Below are positions 8,551-17,992 of a stretch of DNA of 64,000 nt, one piece after another (the first letter of the stretch is position 1; each line of letters starts with the position of its first letter). The translations under genes were made by a program, and so were the position numbers. The stretch covers positions 138,017-202,016 of the forward strand of contig JBGSUB010000067.1 of assembly GCA_041753535.1 (NCBI GenBank). Direction: 5' to 3'. The notes under the pieces are model-generated. The model was given only the letters and a program-made list of their open reading frames with translations, had not been told where the DNA came from and searched no databases. The DNA comes from Lentimicrobiaceae bacterium. GTDB lineage: Bacteria > Bacteroidota > Bacteroidia > Bacteroidales > UBA4417.

Positions 8551-10710
8551 TCACTTACGTTCGATCAGCTTGGTTTCCGCATCAAGTTTCTTTAATCCGT
8601 TTTGAATTTCAGGGGTTTGCATAAAAATTTTCCAGATTAGCCCGGTGCGGTAGTTTTCGATCATCACTACCATCGGAGCCTGGTTAAGACCCATGTAAAT
8701 TTCGGAACACCAGTTATTTGTGAGATCAAAGGCATCTCTGAAACCATATTCACCCCAAAGGAATTTACCATAGTTATTATAATAGTTTTTAAGTGCTTTC
8801 ATGGATTCCTCGGGTGTGTACGGAAATGAACTGATGGCACCTGTTGGGGCAATTTTCCCGTAATCCTGCCAGGGGACAGGTTCATCCGCCGAATAATTAA
8901 AAGGTCCATCGCTTGCTGTTAATCCCCAGGCATTTTCGCCATAACCTTTAAAGTTTTTGGGATTTTGAACGCAATACAGGTAATTGATTTTTGCAATATT
9001 CTGATTGTTAACAAAGTAATTGGTGTACTTGTCAGTTATAAAATGCGGATCGTATCCCATATATGAATAATGTGTAAAGAATAGCGGGCCGCCATTTGAA
9101 ACACCAACATCGAGCTTAATTCCGAAATAGGTATTGCTGTTTGTGTACATTGAACCATCCACAGTTTGCCCCCAATTTGAGCGGTATCTGATTCCGGTGC
9201 TGTCCTGGTTTGCCCAGCCGGTATAGTATAGACTTGCGGGAATTGGGTGAGTAGGTGAAGCGATAGCCAGTAAATAAGTGACCATCGTTTCATTCCAGCC
9301 TATCAGATTGTGATTTATCACCCAGCCCTGGTCGGGAGACCAATGCCAATATAGGAATTTACTATCAGGATATTGCCTGAACCAATCCCATTCCGCTTTC
9401 TCCCAGATGGCGGTAATCTTATTTCTGATCAGTTCTTCCTGTTTGGTATTACCTGAAAAATACTGTCGTGCGGCCAGTAATCCCTGTAGTAGAAATGAAG
9501 TTTCAACCAGGTCGGCACCGTTATCGCGTTTTCCAAAAAACGGTTCCACCTTTCCGGTCGGGCCATCAATAAAATGTGGATATACTCCATGAAAGGTTTC
9601 AGCCTTTTCAAGGAAATTTACAATTTTAATAAAACGGGAAATTGATTCTTCCTTTGTGATAAAACCTCTTTCGGTCCCTGCAATCAGGGCCATAATCCCA
9701 AATCCTGACGCACCTGAAGCAATCATAGTATGCCTTCCCGGGATATTTTCTTTTGCTAATCCGCTGGTAGTTTCAGCAGCTTCCCAATAATACCGGAAAC
9801 TGGCTTCCTGTACCATGATAAGTAATTCATCATCGGTCATGGGTTTTGTTGAAATACTCACAGGAGTGGAGTGTTCAGTCTCCTCGTAACTGCTGTTCAA
9901 AAAGGAAATTTTGTAAAAATATTTTTTACCGGTTTCGCCGGTATAATCTGCATAACGGTGAATATACGGTTGCTGAATGCCAACAGGCTTGAAATCTTTC
10001 CCATTTTCAGAACGATAAATATTTACAAGGTGGATATTTTTATTGGTGATATTATCCCACGTAATATCAATATGTTTGGCATATCCAGTGGCTGATAGTA
10101 TCGCCGGAACTGTAGAAATTTTCGCGGAATTCACCGAGGGCAGAAATTCTATATCATCAACATAAATTACATTCTCCTTAGCCTCTTTTGCACTTTGCTG
10201 TGAAAAAACTATGGCAATACAATTTCCGGGTTGGTTTGCATCAATATCTTTAATTGTAGCCAGCGGAATAGTTACATGTTGCCACTGATTAACTTTTCCT
10301 GATGGGATTTCAAAAACCGATGTCAGGCTACTATCTTTTTTCATTAACTGAACAGCCGGTAATTCATCAGGAGATTTAGCATAAATCCAGAACAATAAAA
10401 ATTCCGCTTTTCTGAAATGATCCATACCTCGTTTTTCCTGTCGGTAAATTACGGCTTCCCAGTTTCCATTTGCAGCATTTTTGTACCTCAGTTCCAATGC
10501 ATTACCTGGAGTATGAAATATAGTATCGCTTACGGGAATTTTATCGATTATATTTTTTATAAATGAATCGCCACTACTACTTGTTTTGCTAAAGAAATAG
10601 TGACCAGGCATTGCACTGTTCGAGAACAAGGTATTTGTATATTCATACTCCTGTGCTGTTGTTGCAAGAGTAATGAGTATTAAATACGCAATCAGCCTGA
10701 TTCTTAACAT
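8551..10710 (-). CDS. GH144-family (Pfam Glycoamylase/DUF3131) putative endo-beta-1,2-glucanase with N-terminal CBM-like + Fn3-like modules
   Basis: The track ORF is 8551-10755. I prefer the internal ATG at 10710 because a signal peptide begins there (MLRIRLIAYLILITLATTAQ). The C-terminal domain shares a motif set with three paralogs in this window: FRYYWE, SGASGFGIMAL, FHGVYPHF, NGADLVETSFLLQGLL, YWHWSP, GWNE, FFTHYSYMGYDP, WGLTASDGP, FPYTPE, YGFRDAF, APMVVMIENYRTGLIW. Confidence 0.8.
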   Translation of the reverse strand: MLRIRLIAYLILITLATTAQEYEYTNTLFSNSAMPGHYFFSKTSSSGDSFIKNIIDKIPVSDTIFHTPGNALELRYKNAANGNWEAVIYRQEKRGMDHFRKAEFLLFWIYAKSPDELPAVQLMKKDSSLTSVFEIPSGKVNQWQHVTIPLATIKDIDANQPGNCIAIVFSQQSAKEAKENVIYVDDIEFLPSVNSAKISTVPAILSATGYAKHIDITWDNITNKNIHLVNIYRSENGKDFKPVGIQQPYIHRYADYTGETGKKYFYKISFLNSSYEETEHSTPVSISTKPMTDDELLIMVQEASFRYYWEAAETTSGLAKENIPGRHTMIASGASGFGIMALIAGTERGFITKEESISRFIKIVNFLEKAETFHGVYPHFIDGPTGKVEPFFGKRDNGADLVETSFLLQGLLAARQYFSGNTKQEELIRNKITAIWEKAEWDWFRQYPDSKFLYWHWSPDQGWVINHNLIGWNETMVTYLLAIASPTHPIPASLYYTGWANQDSTGIRYRSNWGQTVDGSMYTNSNTYFGIKLDVGVSNGGPLFFTHYSYMGYDPHFITDKYTNYFVNNQNIAKINYLYCVQNPKNFKGYGENAWGLTASDGPFNYSADEPVPWQDYGKIAPTGAISSFPYTPEESMKALKNYYNNYGKFLWGEYGFRDAFDLTNNWCSEIYMGLNQAPMVVMIENYRTGLIWKIFMQTPEIQNGLKKLDAETKLIERK

Positions 10711-10739
10711 AAGACGGTGTTTAGTTTCTTCAAGATATT

Positions 10740-12101
10740 TTATTTCTTTAGCCATGGACTGTCAAACTCAAGTTTCGCAAGGCCTTCAATCACTTCGGGA
10801 CAGCTCATAAACAGATTCCATAACAAGCCGCTCCTGTAATTTTCGATCATTACTATTTGCGGTCCCTGGTCTATGGCCAGATAATCAGTTGGATACCAAT
10901 CCTCCTCCTCGCTGAAAGCATCATAAAAACCATACTTCCCCCAGATTTTATCTCCTAGATTATAATAAAAATGCTTGAGTGCCTGCATCGAAAACTCAGG
11001 TGTATACGGAAATGATGACAAAGCCGCAGTAGGTGAAATTACGCCAAGATCATTCTTCAGACCTGGTGCATGAGCGCCATAAAACCTGGTTGAATAACTT
11101 GCAGTAAGTCCCCAGCAATTTTCGCCGTAACCTATGTAACCTTTCGGATTTTCGATGCACCATTGCCTGTTGATGAGTGTTTGGTTTTTGTTTTCATCCC
11201 AGTAATTCGCGTATCTGTCCTTCAGGTTCCGCGGATCGAGACCAAGGTATGAATAATGCGCCCAGAACAGAGAACCTCCGTACTCAGGATTATCATTATG
11301 TTTCAATGAAAGCGTATAGCCATACTTGGTGCTTTTGCCTTTGATACCGCCGTTTCTGGCCCAGCCCTTGTGGTATGTTTCAGCCTGAATGGGATAAGTA
11401 GGAGAGGAGGCAGCCATCACGTAAGTTATAAGGCATTCGTTGTAGCCTTCGACCTTGACATTCATTTTCCATCCTTTATCGGGCGACCAATGCCAGAACA
11501 TCACATCCTGTCCGCCTTGTGTAAACCACGACCATTCAACTTCCTTCCAAAGCTTGTCAATATCAGCAGCCAATTGTTTTTCAGCTTCATTCCCATCCTT
11601 AAAATACTGCCGCACACAGAGCAAACCTTGCATAAGGTATGCTGTTTCAACGATATCAGCTCCGTTGTCATTCGGACTGAAAGGCCTTACTTTTCCGGTT
11701 TCACCATACATCCAATGCGACCATGCACCATGAAACCGTTCCGATTTTGAAAGCCAGTCGACATTTTTTCTCAAATGACGAAATCCTTCGTCGCGGCTGA
11801 TAAACGTGCGTTCAATCCCGACAAGTATTGCCATAACCCCAAAACCGGAACCACCTGAAGTAATCACAGATTTGTCGTTTTCAGGATAATTACCATCAAG
11901 ATGGATGCGCTCACAAGCCAGTCCTGAAACAGGTTCGGCTCCTTCCCAAAAATATTGAAATGTATTGTACTGAACCAGGTTCAGTAGTGAATCGTCAGAG
12001 ATAACTGCGCGATTTTCCTGCACCGATATTTTCGCAGGCTGACTTTTACAAGCCAGGAAGCTGAATAAACTTAGAAATAGAACCAGTTTTAGAGTGTGCA
12101 T
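10740..12101 (-). CDS. GH144-family putative endo-beta-1,2-glucanase lipoprotein (catalytic domain only)
   Basis: 453 aa. Lipobox LFSFLAC. Motifs FQYFWEGAEPVSGLA, GGSGFGVMAI, RFHGAWSHW, NGADIVETAYLMQGLL, FWHWSP, GYNE, FWAHYSYLGLDP, WGLTAS, FPYTPE, YGFYDAF, IDQGPQIVMIENYRSGLLW. Confidence 0.82.
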   Translation of the reverse strand: MHTLKLVLFLSLFSFLACKSQPAKISVQENRAVISDDSLLNLVQYNTFQYFWEGAEPVSGLACERIHLDGNYPENDKSVITSGGSGFGVMAILVGIERTFISRDEGFRHLRKNVDWLSKSERFHGAWSHWMYGETGKVRPFSPNDNGADIVETAYLMQGLLCVRQYFKDGNEAEKQLAADIDKLWKEVEWSWFTQGGQDVMFWHWSPDKGWKMNVKVEGYNECLITYVMAASSPTYPIQAETYHKGWARNGGIKGKSTKYGYTLSLKHNDNPEYGGSLFWAHYSYLGLDPRNLKDRYANYWDENKNQTLINRQWCIENPKGYIGYGENCWGLTASYSTRFYGAHAPGLKNDLGVISPTAALSSFPYTPEFSMQALKHFYYNLGDKIWGKYGFYDAFSEEEDWYPTDYLAIDQGPQIVMIENYRSGLLWNLFMSCPEVIEGLAKLEFDSPWLKK

Positions 12102-12142
12102 CTGCTCCTTATTTTTAATTAAACACGAATTGAAAAGAAATG

Positions 12143-15100
12143 TTACAGATGTATATCCACAACGTTAAGTTGTTGATTTAAAAAGGATAAAAACAGATCA
12201 GAAGGAATAACAGCCCCACCTTTGCGGTATTTGTTTTCTTCCAACGTAAAGTCAATTTCATTTCCATTGACGCTTATCTCTTTGGGGCTGAAGTTATCGT
12301 GCTTTACATTGTACTTGAATGTGATTGCATGATCCATAAAGTCGATTGTAGCCGATAAACCATCCATCGAATGAGGAATCACAGGATCAATTATTACTTT
12401 TCCAACTTCTGGCCGTAACCCAAGCAACCGGGAAATAACCAGCGTAATGTAAATTCCGGGCCCGCTGGAATATACACGCCATCCGCCCCGGAGAGTGATT
12501 TTACCGGTTTTGATTTCATCATAACGCTCATCGGCTTCGTACCTGCTTTTGAATGCCACATCCGAACTGCTGTAATAGCAGTTGGCCTGGCGGATATCGC
12601 CACACGGCACAACATCGCGGTAACCTACAGGATTTGCCTGGCGGAGTGCTTTTACAAATGCGTCTGTATTGCCTGTAATGGCCTGTGATTCAGCATAGCG
12701 AATGTGCTCGTGAACATACATGATGCCTATTTCACGACCGAAATGTGTGGCACTTTCGGCACGTTGAAAAATAGTCTGAATTCCACCTTTGTATTTTAAA
12801 GGGCGGTCCATCAATCGCGCTCCATCAGGACCTTTCAAATGTTTCTCAATCAATTGCTGATGGTGTTGTGCTTGTTCTTTTGTAAAAATGCCGCTTATCA
12901 CTCCGCGATCCATCGGTAACAAACTATAATGTATGCCGGTTGTGGTATCGCTGGGATGAAGCAAGACACTGATACTTCCATCTTTCTCAAGCAGTCCGTA
13001 TCCGGCAACTACACCATCTTTAACCAGGTATTTGTTGAAATCGGATTTAATCTTAGTACAGATATCGTCTAATTCTTTTGCTTTTCCGGTGTTTCCGGTC
13101 TGCAGATACACATTTTTGTACTCATTAAATGCCTGGTAATTCATTTCCACCGTCCAACTCGAAATCATGCGTTCAGCCAGTTCTTTGCTTACGGGTTGGA
13201 GCGAATCGTTCCAGTCGCCGCCGCCAAAAGGCACAAGCGCAGTGCCTGGAATGTATGAATCTGTAATCATCTTTACGAGCCTGTCGAGATGTTCGCTTAA
13301 CGGAGTTTTTTCGGCGTAAGCAACACCTTTTTCGTGGTAATACGGAAGAATTTCATCGAGGAATTTCACATCGCCTGTAACTTTAATATAGCTGCTTAGC
13401 GCGATGATGCACCAGTAATAAACATCGCCATGGCAATCGCCGGCACGGATATTGAAATAGCTGTCGAACATCCACCACTGAGGCCAATCGCCAACCGTAT
13501 TCTGATTGGAGAAGATGGTACGGAGCACTTGTTTGGATTCATCAAACTTTTGTAAATTCAACAGAAGGTCAAAAGGTCCCTGCGAAACATCACGTGTTCC
13601 CCAGGCAGCGCCGCCAAATTGTTCCAGGCCGTGAGGCGTTAGAAAATGAGTAACTGCATTCATGCAAAACCAGGGCAGGATTTCCTGAATAGCGGCTGAA
13701 TCTTCATCCTTTCCTTTCAGCGAAAGGTTTAAACTCATGTCGCTCAAACCTGACTGGGCATCAGAGCAATCCGATTGAAATTGCTGATCTGTATTTTTTA
13801 TTTTTTCAATTGGGATGATTTCGCAAACCTCACCAACAAAACTCATTGAAAAACAGTCGGTTTTTTTTATATCAAGCACGAAAAATGAATCACCCCGTCT
13901 TATAGATTCAAAATTAACTGCCTCATTACCGAAAGCATTAAATTCCGAATTGCTGTTTACCAATATCCGGAATTGCGCTTTCGGGAATTTCTCTGCAATC
14001 ATACTTCCAACTTTAGGTTTGGAAACAAATTCTCCGGGACTATTTCCCGGAAGAACCGTCCATCCATTGCTTTCGTCAAAGTTATTTGTAATAAGCAATT
14101 TAACCTTTTCACCGCTTAAAACTTTAAAATCAATGTTTACGCGTGGAGATGTTTTTGAAGTCCATGTTCGGACCTGAAAAATATTCTCCCCAAATTTGTA
14201 TATCCAGCGGAAGTGGTTTAATCCCATTTCGAAAGCAGAAGGAACACCCAGCAAATATGACTTTCCATCGATTTCAACAAAAATTCTCTGACCTGTTTCC
14301 GGCTCATCGTTAAACTGGCTGGTGCAGACTGAAAGAAAAATATTAAAATTTGTATTGCCTTGTGTAACATGCGAATTGAAAATCCCGCCTGCAAAACAAG
14401 TAGTTGAAACAATGTTTTCATCCGCTTTGTATCCTGCCTGTGCCTGTATAATATTTCCGTGCGGCCGGTCAGCCAGGATTTCTTTTTCGCGCAATACTAC
14501 ATGGTTATTCGGTCCATAGAAAAACGATAACAACTTCCCGTTTTCGGTTTCGGTTTGCCTTCTGTTTTGATCAAAAAAGTGATTAATTTCTTCATCGTTC
14601 AGATCATCAACTGGCAAAAATGCTGAAGTGTTAAATAAGTTATGTGTAGGGGATAAGAACTTTTCTTCCTTATCAATTGAAATATCATTTTGAAATTCCA
14701 GCATCAAACCCGGAAGTTTTATTAAATCATCTGCTGATGTTGCTGTTGGATGATCAGGCAAATAAGTTGCAACAAAAACGCTGTTATGTGCTTCACCGGA
14801 AGGGAGTGAAAATGGACTTTCCTGCAAAGCAACCATCGACAATTCTCCTGCATATTCACCTCCGAGTGATTCTGCTTTCAATCCTTCAGGAATTCCGGTT
14901 CCACGAAAAGTTTTTCCCAGGAACTGCATTCCATCTGTACTTGCTGAAACTGCCTGGTTTTTACATGCAAGCATGATCCATGGATTACCTGTCGATTCCT
15001 TTGTATTCTGACGGCAGCAAACCACTGAACCATATTGTTTATCTTCAAGAATAAGTCTTTCAATATACTGGCTTACATAATATTCGTTAACCAATCCAGT

Positions 15101-15484
15101 TGAGATTGGCTTTAATCCGACATCCTGAACATAAATTAAATCGAGCTCAATAGTTTTGTGAGATTTGTTCTTAATATCAATGCTCCACTGCCAGCACATG
15201 CTTTTCTTCGAAAGCTGCATAATACACTCATAATCAAGTCCGTCCCAACTTCCTTGTGCAACAAATGACTCATTCTTTGTAAGGAAATGACTATTGCTTT
15301 CCGGACCTAATAGTGCCTTGAATTCGAACGGATTACTCCTTTTACGCAGGTATATGTTGGCTCCCGATTTTGAATACAATGTTGCAGTTTTTAGGCTAAT
15401 CCGTATCGGATCGGCTTCAATATGCTTAATCGATCCATTTTCGAGGAAATCGATTGAGAGGCCGGAGGAATTTTTAATGTTCAT
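12143..15484 (-). CDS. GH94 glycoside phosphorylase, long form (1,2-beta-oligoglucan phosphorylase-like)
   Basis: 1113 aa with no signal peptide. GH94 catalytic-domain motifs GGAAWGTRDVSQG and FGGGDWNDSLQP (GDWND catalytic Asp motif), plus RGGWRVYSSGPGIY. The length fits the ~1100-aa sophoro-oligosaccharide phosphorylase subgroup rather than ~800-aa cellobiose phosphorylases. Confidence 0.8.
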   Translation of the reverse strand: MNIKNSSGLSIDFLENGSIKHIEADPIRISLKTATLYSKSGANIYLRKRSNPFEFKALLGPESNSHFLTKNESFVAQGSWDGLDYECIMQLSKKSMCWQWSIDIKNKSHKTIELDLIYVQDVGLKPISTGLVNEYYVSQYIERLILEDKQYGSVVCCRQNTKESTGNPWIMLACKNQAVSASTDGMQFLGKTFRGTGIPEGLKAESLGGEYAGELSMVALQESPFSLPSGEAHNSVFVATYLPDHPTATSADDLIKLPGLMLEFQNDISIDKEEKFLSPTHNLFNTSAFLPVDDLNDEEINHFFDQNRRQTETENGKLLSFFYGPNNHVVLREKEILADRPHGNIIQAQAGYKADENIVSTTCFAGGIFNSHVTQGNTNFNIFLSVCTSQFNDEPETGQRIFVEIDGKSYLLGVPSAFEMGLNHFRWIYKFGENIFQVRTWTSKTSPRVNIDFKVLSGEKVKLLITNNFDESNGWTVLPGNSPGEFVSKPKVGSMIAEKFPKAQFRILVNSNSEFNAFGNEAVNFESIRRGDSFFVLDIKKTDCFSMSFVGEVCEIIPIEKIKNTDQQFQSDCSDAQSGLSDMSLNLSLKGKDEDSAAIQEILPWFCMNAVTHFLTPHGLEQFGGAAWGTRDVSQGPFDLLLNLQKFDESKQVLRTIFSNQNTVGDWPQWWMFDSYFNIRAGDCHGDVYYWCIIALSSYIKVTGDVKFLDEILPYYHEKGVAYAEKTPLSEHLDRLVKMITDSYIPGTALVPFGGGDWNDSLQPVSKELAERMISSWTVEMNYQAFNEYKNVYLQTGNTGKAKELDDICTKIKSDFNKYLVKDGVVAGYGLLEKDGSISVLLHPSDTTTGIHYSLLPMDRGVISGIFTKEQAQHHQQLIEKHLKGPDGARLMDRPLKYKGGIQTIFQRAESATHFGREIGIMYVHEHIRYAESQAITGNTDAFVKALRQANPVGYRDVVPCGDIRQANCYYSSSDVAFKSRYEADERYDEIKTGKITLRGGWRVYSSGPGIYITLVISRLLGLRPEVGKVIIDPVIPHSMDGLSATIDFMDHAITFKYNVKHDNFSPKEISVNGNEIDFTLEENKYRKGGAVIPSDLFLSFLNQQLNVVDIHL

Positions 15485-17917
15485 TTAACTCAACTTGATG
15501 GTAAGAATCATTACATGTTTATGTTTGTGACTGTAAATCATAGCTATCCGTTTTTCGTCACGGATTTCTCTGACAGATTCTCCGTTTAAATTGGCGGAAC
15601 TGATCTTTTTAACACCCGGACCCTCGAAAACTATTTCTCCTGCCAGGTCACGATCGCCATAAAGGGTAATTTCAACCTGATTTTCAGTTTTAACAATTCC
15701 AAGAATATCAGAAGTGCAATGCAGAATAGATAATCCGTCAGAAACTTTCATACATACCGGGCTTAGTATGCCATACAAGGCAGGCCAAAGCATCTCTCCA
15801 TGTGCATAAGGAATGGTTATAGTTTCTCCGTTTTCAGGATGTGTGTATGTGATTTTGCCTGTTTGTTCTTCGTTGTAATAATTGGCTACGAAAAGAACTG
15901 CGGCTTTGTCGCTGGTAAATCGTTCGCGAACAGCAATATTTTGATTGTTGGTCGAAGCTTGTCTGAGTTTAGCTTTTGATAGGTTAAGAAGCGCTTCATA
16001 CACAGGTTTCTGACCTTCCGTATCAAAACCAATCCACGTTCCGAGATGAGTAAGCGATCCGTTTCCGAGTGATTTTGTAAATCCGCATACCGAATTCCGG
16101 AGTGTTCGTGCAATTATTTTAGCACCAACCAGCGATTTTTCCGAATATACAACAAGAGGATTAGCGCACTTGATATCCTGCAGGTCAAAAACATCGATAA
16201 GTGGCGAATCAATAATTTCCTTTCCGGAAGGATAAACCGACAAAGCATCGCGAGTTATTGAACATGGTTTCTGCGACATTTCACGATCGGGGAGGTAGGG
16301 GAAAAGTACAAGGTTCCCGCCAGCTTTTGTATATTCAACAATGGTTTTCTGATCCGACGCATTCATTTCATCTGTGCTGAATGCCCAAACCTGTTTGTAA
16401 TTTCTCATTGATTCAGCTGAGGCTTTGGTAAGATCCATCATATCGTAATCAATATTAAGTATCTGAAGAACTTTCAATAAACCATCGAAATAAGCAGGCC
16501 TTCGAATAGCAGAAGGGTTAAATAGGAGTTCACAGGCTCCGTCAACAGGTCGTTCCAACTCCGAAGCGTAATATGGCGGATAAAAAAGGACGCAAACTTC
16601 AGCCTTACGCTTCGAATCAACGATAAGGCTTTCGGAAGTTTTAATGATTTTATTCATCCGTTGAACCAACGGAAAAGCACTTGTGCGCTCACCTTCAGGA
16701 GTGAGCGGGTTAAACCAATAGAAGGTGGAGCCTGAATAACCAGTGTGCCTGGTGTTTCGTCCTTGCGAAAACATATAGTAATTCCAGCCGGTGAGGCCGT
16801 TTGCAATGCTGGCTTTGTAGAAAAGTTCCATTTCACGCGGATTGGTAACCACATGATATTCGCGAGATCCACTCTGAAACTCGGCAGCAAACAAAGGCTT
16901 GTTGCCTTGCATGGCAAAGGTTATGTCATTTATAATCCGGTCGTCGTGCATATTGCGGTACGACAGGAATTCCGGGATATGATCGACACCGAATATAATC
17001 TCGCTTTTATCAAGAAACAGATCTTCGTACATCGTAATATTGACGGGGAATTCATAGCCATTACCATAAATCCAGCCCGGAAGATTGTGATACAAAGGAA
17101 CACTAACTCCTCTTTCTCTTGCCATGGCAGTTAGCATTCTCAGGTAGTCGCCATAATATGTCCGCCAGAAATTATGCCATTCGTGATCGCGGCCACGATC
17201 TGCTTTTGAAGCATAGGGAAGTCTTCCGTCAGGTGGAAGTTCAACGTTGGCAAAATCCTTGTAATTGGTTGCCCAAAGGCTGTTGAGTTCGTCAACATCA
17301 GTAAATTTCGTAATTAAATAGGCGGTGAAACGATCTTTCACTGCTTCGCAATAGTCAGCCTGGTGTGCCAGCCACGAGAAAACGCCGATCTCGTTGCAGA
17401 TCTGCATCATAATTATCGGTCCGCCGTTTGAAAGCTGGCGTTCGCTGATAAAAGGCATGATCTTATCGTACCAGAGTGTTACCTTTTCGAGGTATTTTTC
17501 GTTAAAAAGACTTACACCATCACTTGCAACAATGCCTCCTTTGCTGTTACGCATCTTAACTTCATCGCTGTATTGATCCATAAACCAGTCGGGCAAACCT
17601 GCACCGCGATACTCGGCAAGAATGAATGGTCCAGGTTTTACAATGCAATGCATTCCGTGAGCCTGGCAACTATCAATCCATCCTTTCAGATCACGTTCCG
17701 GACTAGAGGAACCATCAAAATCAAAAACACCTTCTACAGATTCGTGAAATGCCCATGGAACGTAAGTGCTGACTGTTGTAAGGCCCGCTTCTACGGCTGC
17801 ATCCAGATGCTTATCCCACAGCTCGCGTTTAATACGGAAATAATGTATTTCTCCCGAATTGAGAAACACCTTTTTGTCGTTAAGATAGAAGTTATTTTCC
17901 TTGATAGTGAAGGTCAT
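15485..17917 (-). CDS. Cytoplasmic GH35-family enzyme (formally beta-galactosidase family; context suggests action on beta-1,2-gluco-oligosaccharides)
   Basis: 810 aa with no signal peptide. GH35 TIM-barrel motifs TYVPWAFHE, acid/base region IIMMQICNEIG and nucleophile region PLFAAEFQSGS. Its stop codon (15485-15487) directly abuts the GH94 ATG (15482-15484). Confidence 0.8.
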   Translation of the reverse strand: MTFTIKENNFYLNDKKVFLNSGEIHYFRIKRELWDKHLDAAVEAGLTTVSTYVPWAFHESVEGVFDFDGSSSPERDLKGWIDSCQAHGMHCIVKPGPFILAEYRGAGLPDWFMDQYSDEVKMRNSKGGIVASDGVSLFNEKYLEKVTLWYDKIMPFISERQLSNGGPIIMMQICNEIGVFSWLAHQADYCEAVKDRFTAYLITKFTDVDELNSLWATNYKDFANVELPPDGRLPYASKADRGRDHEWHNFWRTYYGDYLRMLTAMARERGVSVPLYHNLPGWIYGNGYEFPVNITMYEDLFLDKSEIIFGVDHIPEFLSYRNMHDDRIINDITFAMQGNKPLFAAEFQSGSREYHVVTNPREMELFYKASIANGLTGWNYYMFSQGRNTRHTGYSGSTFYWFNPLTPEGERTSAFPLVQRMNKIIKTSESLIVDSKRKAEVCVLFYPPYYASELERPVDGACELLFNPSAIRRPAYFDGLLKVLQILNIDYDMMDLTKASAESMRNYKQVWAFSTDEMNASDQKTIVEYTKAGGNLVLFPYLPDREMSQKPCSITRDALSVYPSGKEIIDSPLIDVFDLQDIKCANPLVVYSEKSLVGAKIIARTLRNSVCGFTKSLGNGSLTHLGTWIGFDTEGQKPVYEALLNLSKAKLRQASTNNQNIAVRERFTSDKAAVLFVANYYNEEQTGKITYTHPENGETITIPYAHGEMLWPALYGILSPVCMKVSDGLSILHCTSDILGIVKTENQVEITLYGDRDLAGEIVFEGPGVKKISSANLNGESVREIRDEKRIAMIYSHKHKHVMILTIKLS

Positions 17918-17992
17918 ATAAATTATTTTTGCTGTAAGTTTCTGGTAACTAATTACTGGTTTCCGGCACTAAGCACCCTGCCCAAGGTGTAT

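Noticed and set aside
11370-11750. 126-aa and 92-aa plus-strand ORFs.
   Set aside because: They are antisense to the GH144 gene at 10740-12101 and are shadow ORFs.
15485-17917. Taking the GH35 family label at face value and reading the locus as a galactan or beta-galactoside PUL.
   Set aside because: No other galactan-related family is present. The gene is cytoplasmic and coupled to a long GH94 phosphorylase, and it is surrounded by four GH144-like genes. The beta-1,2-glucan interpretation explains all members.
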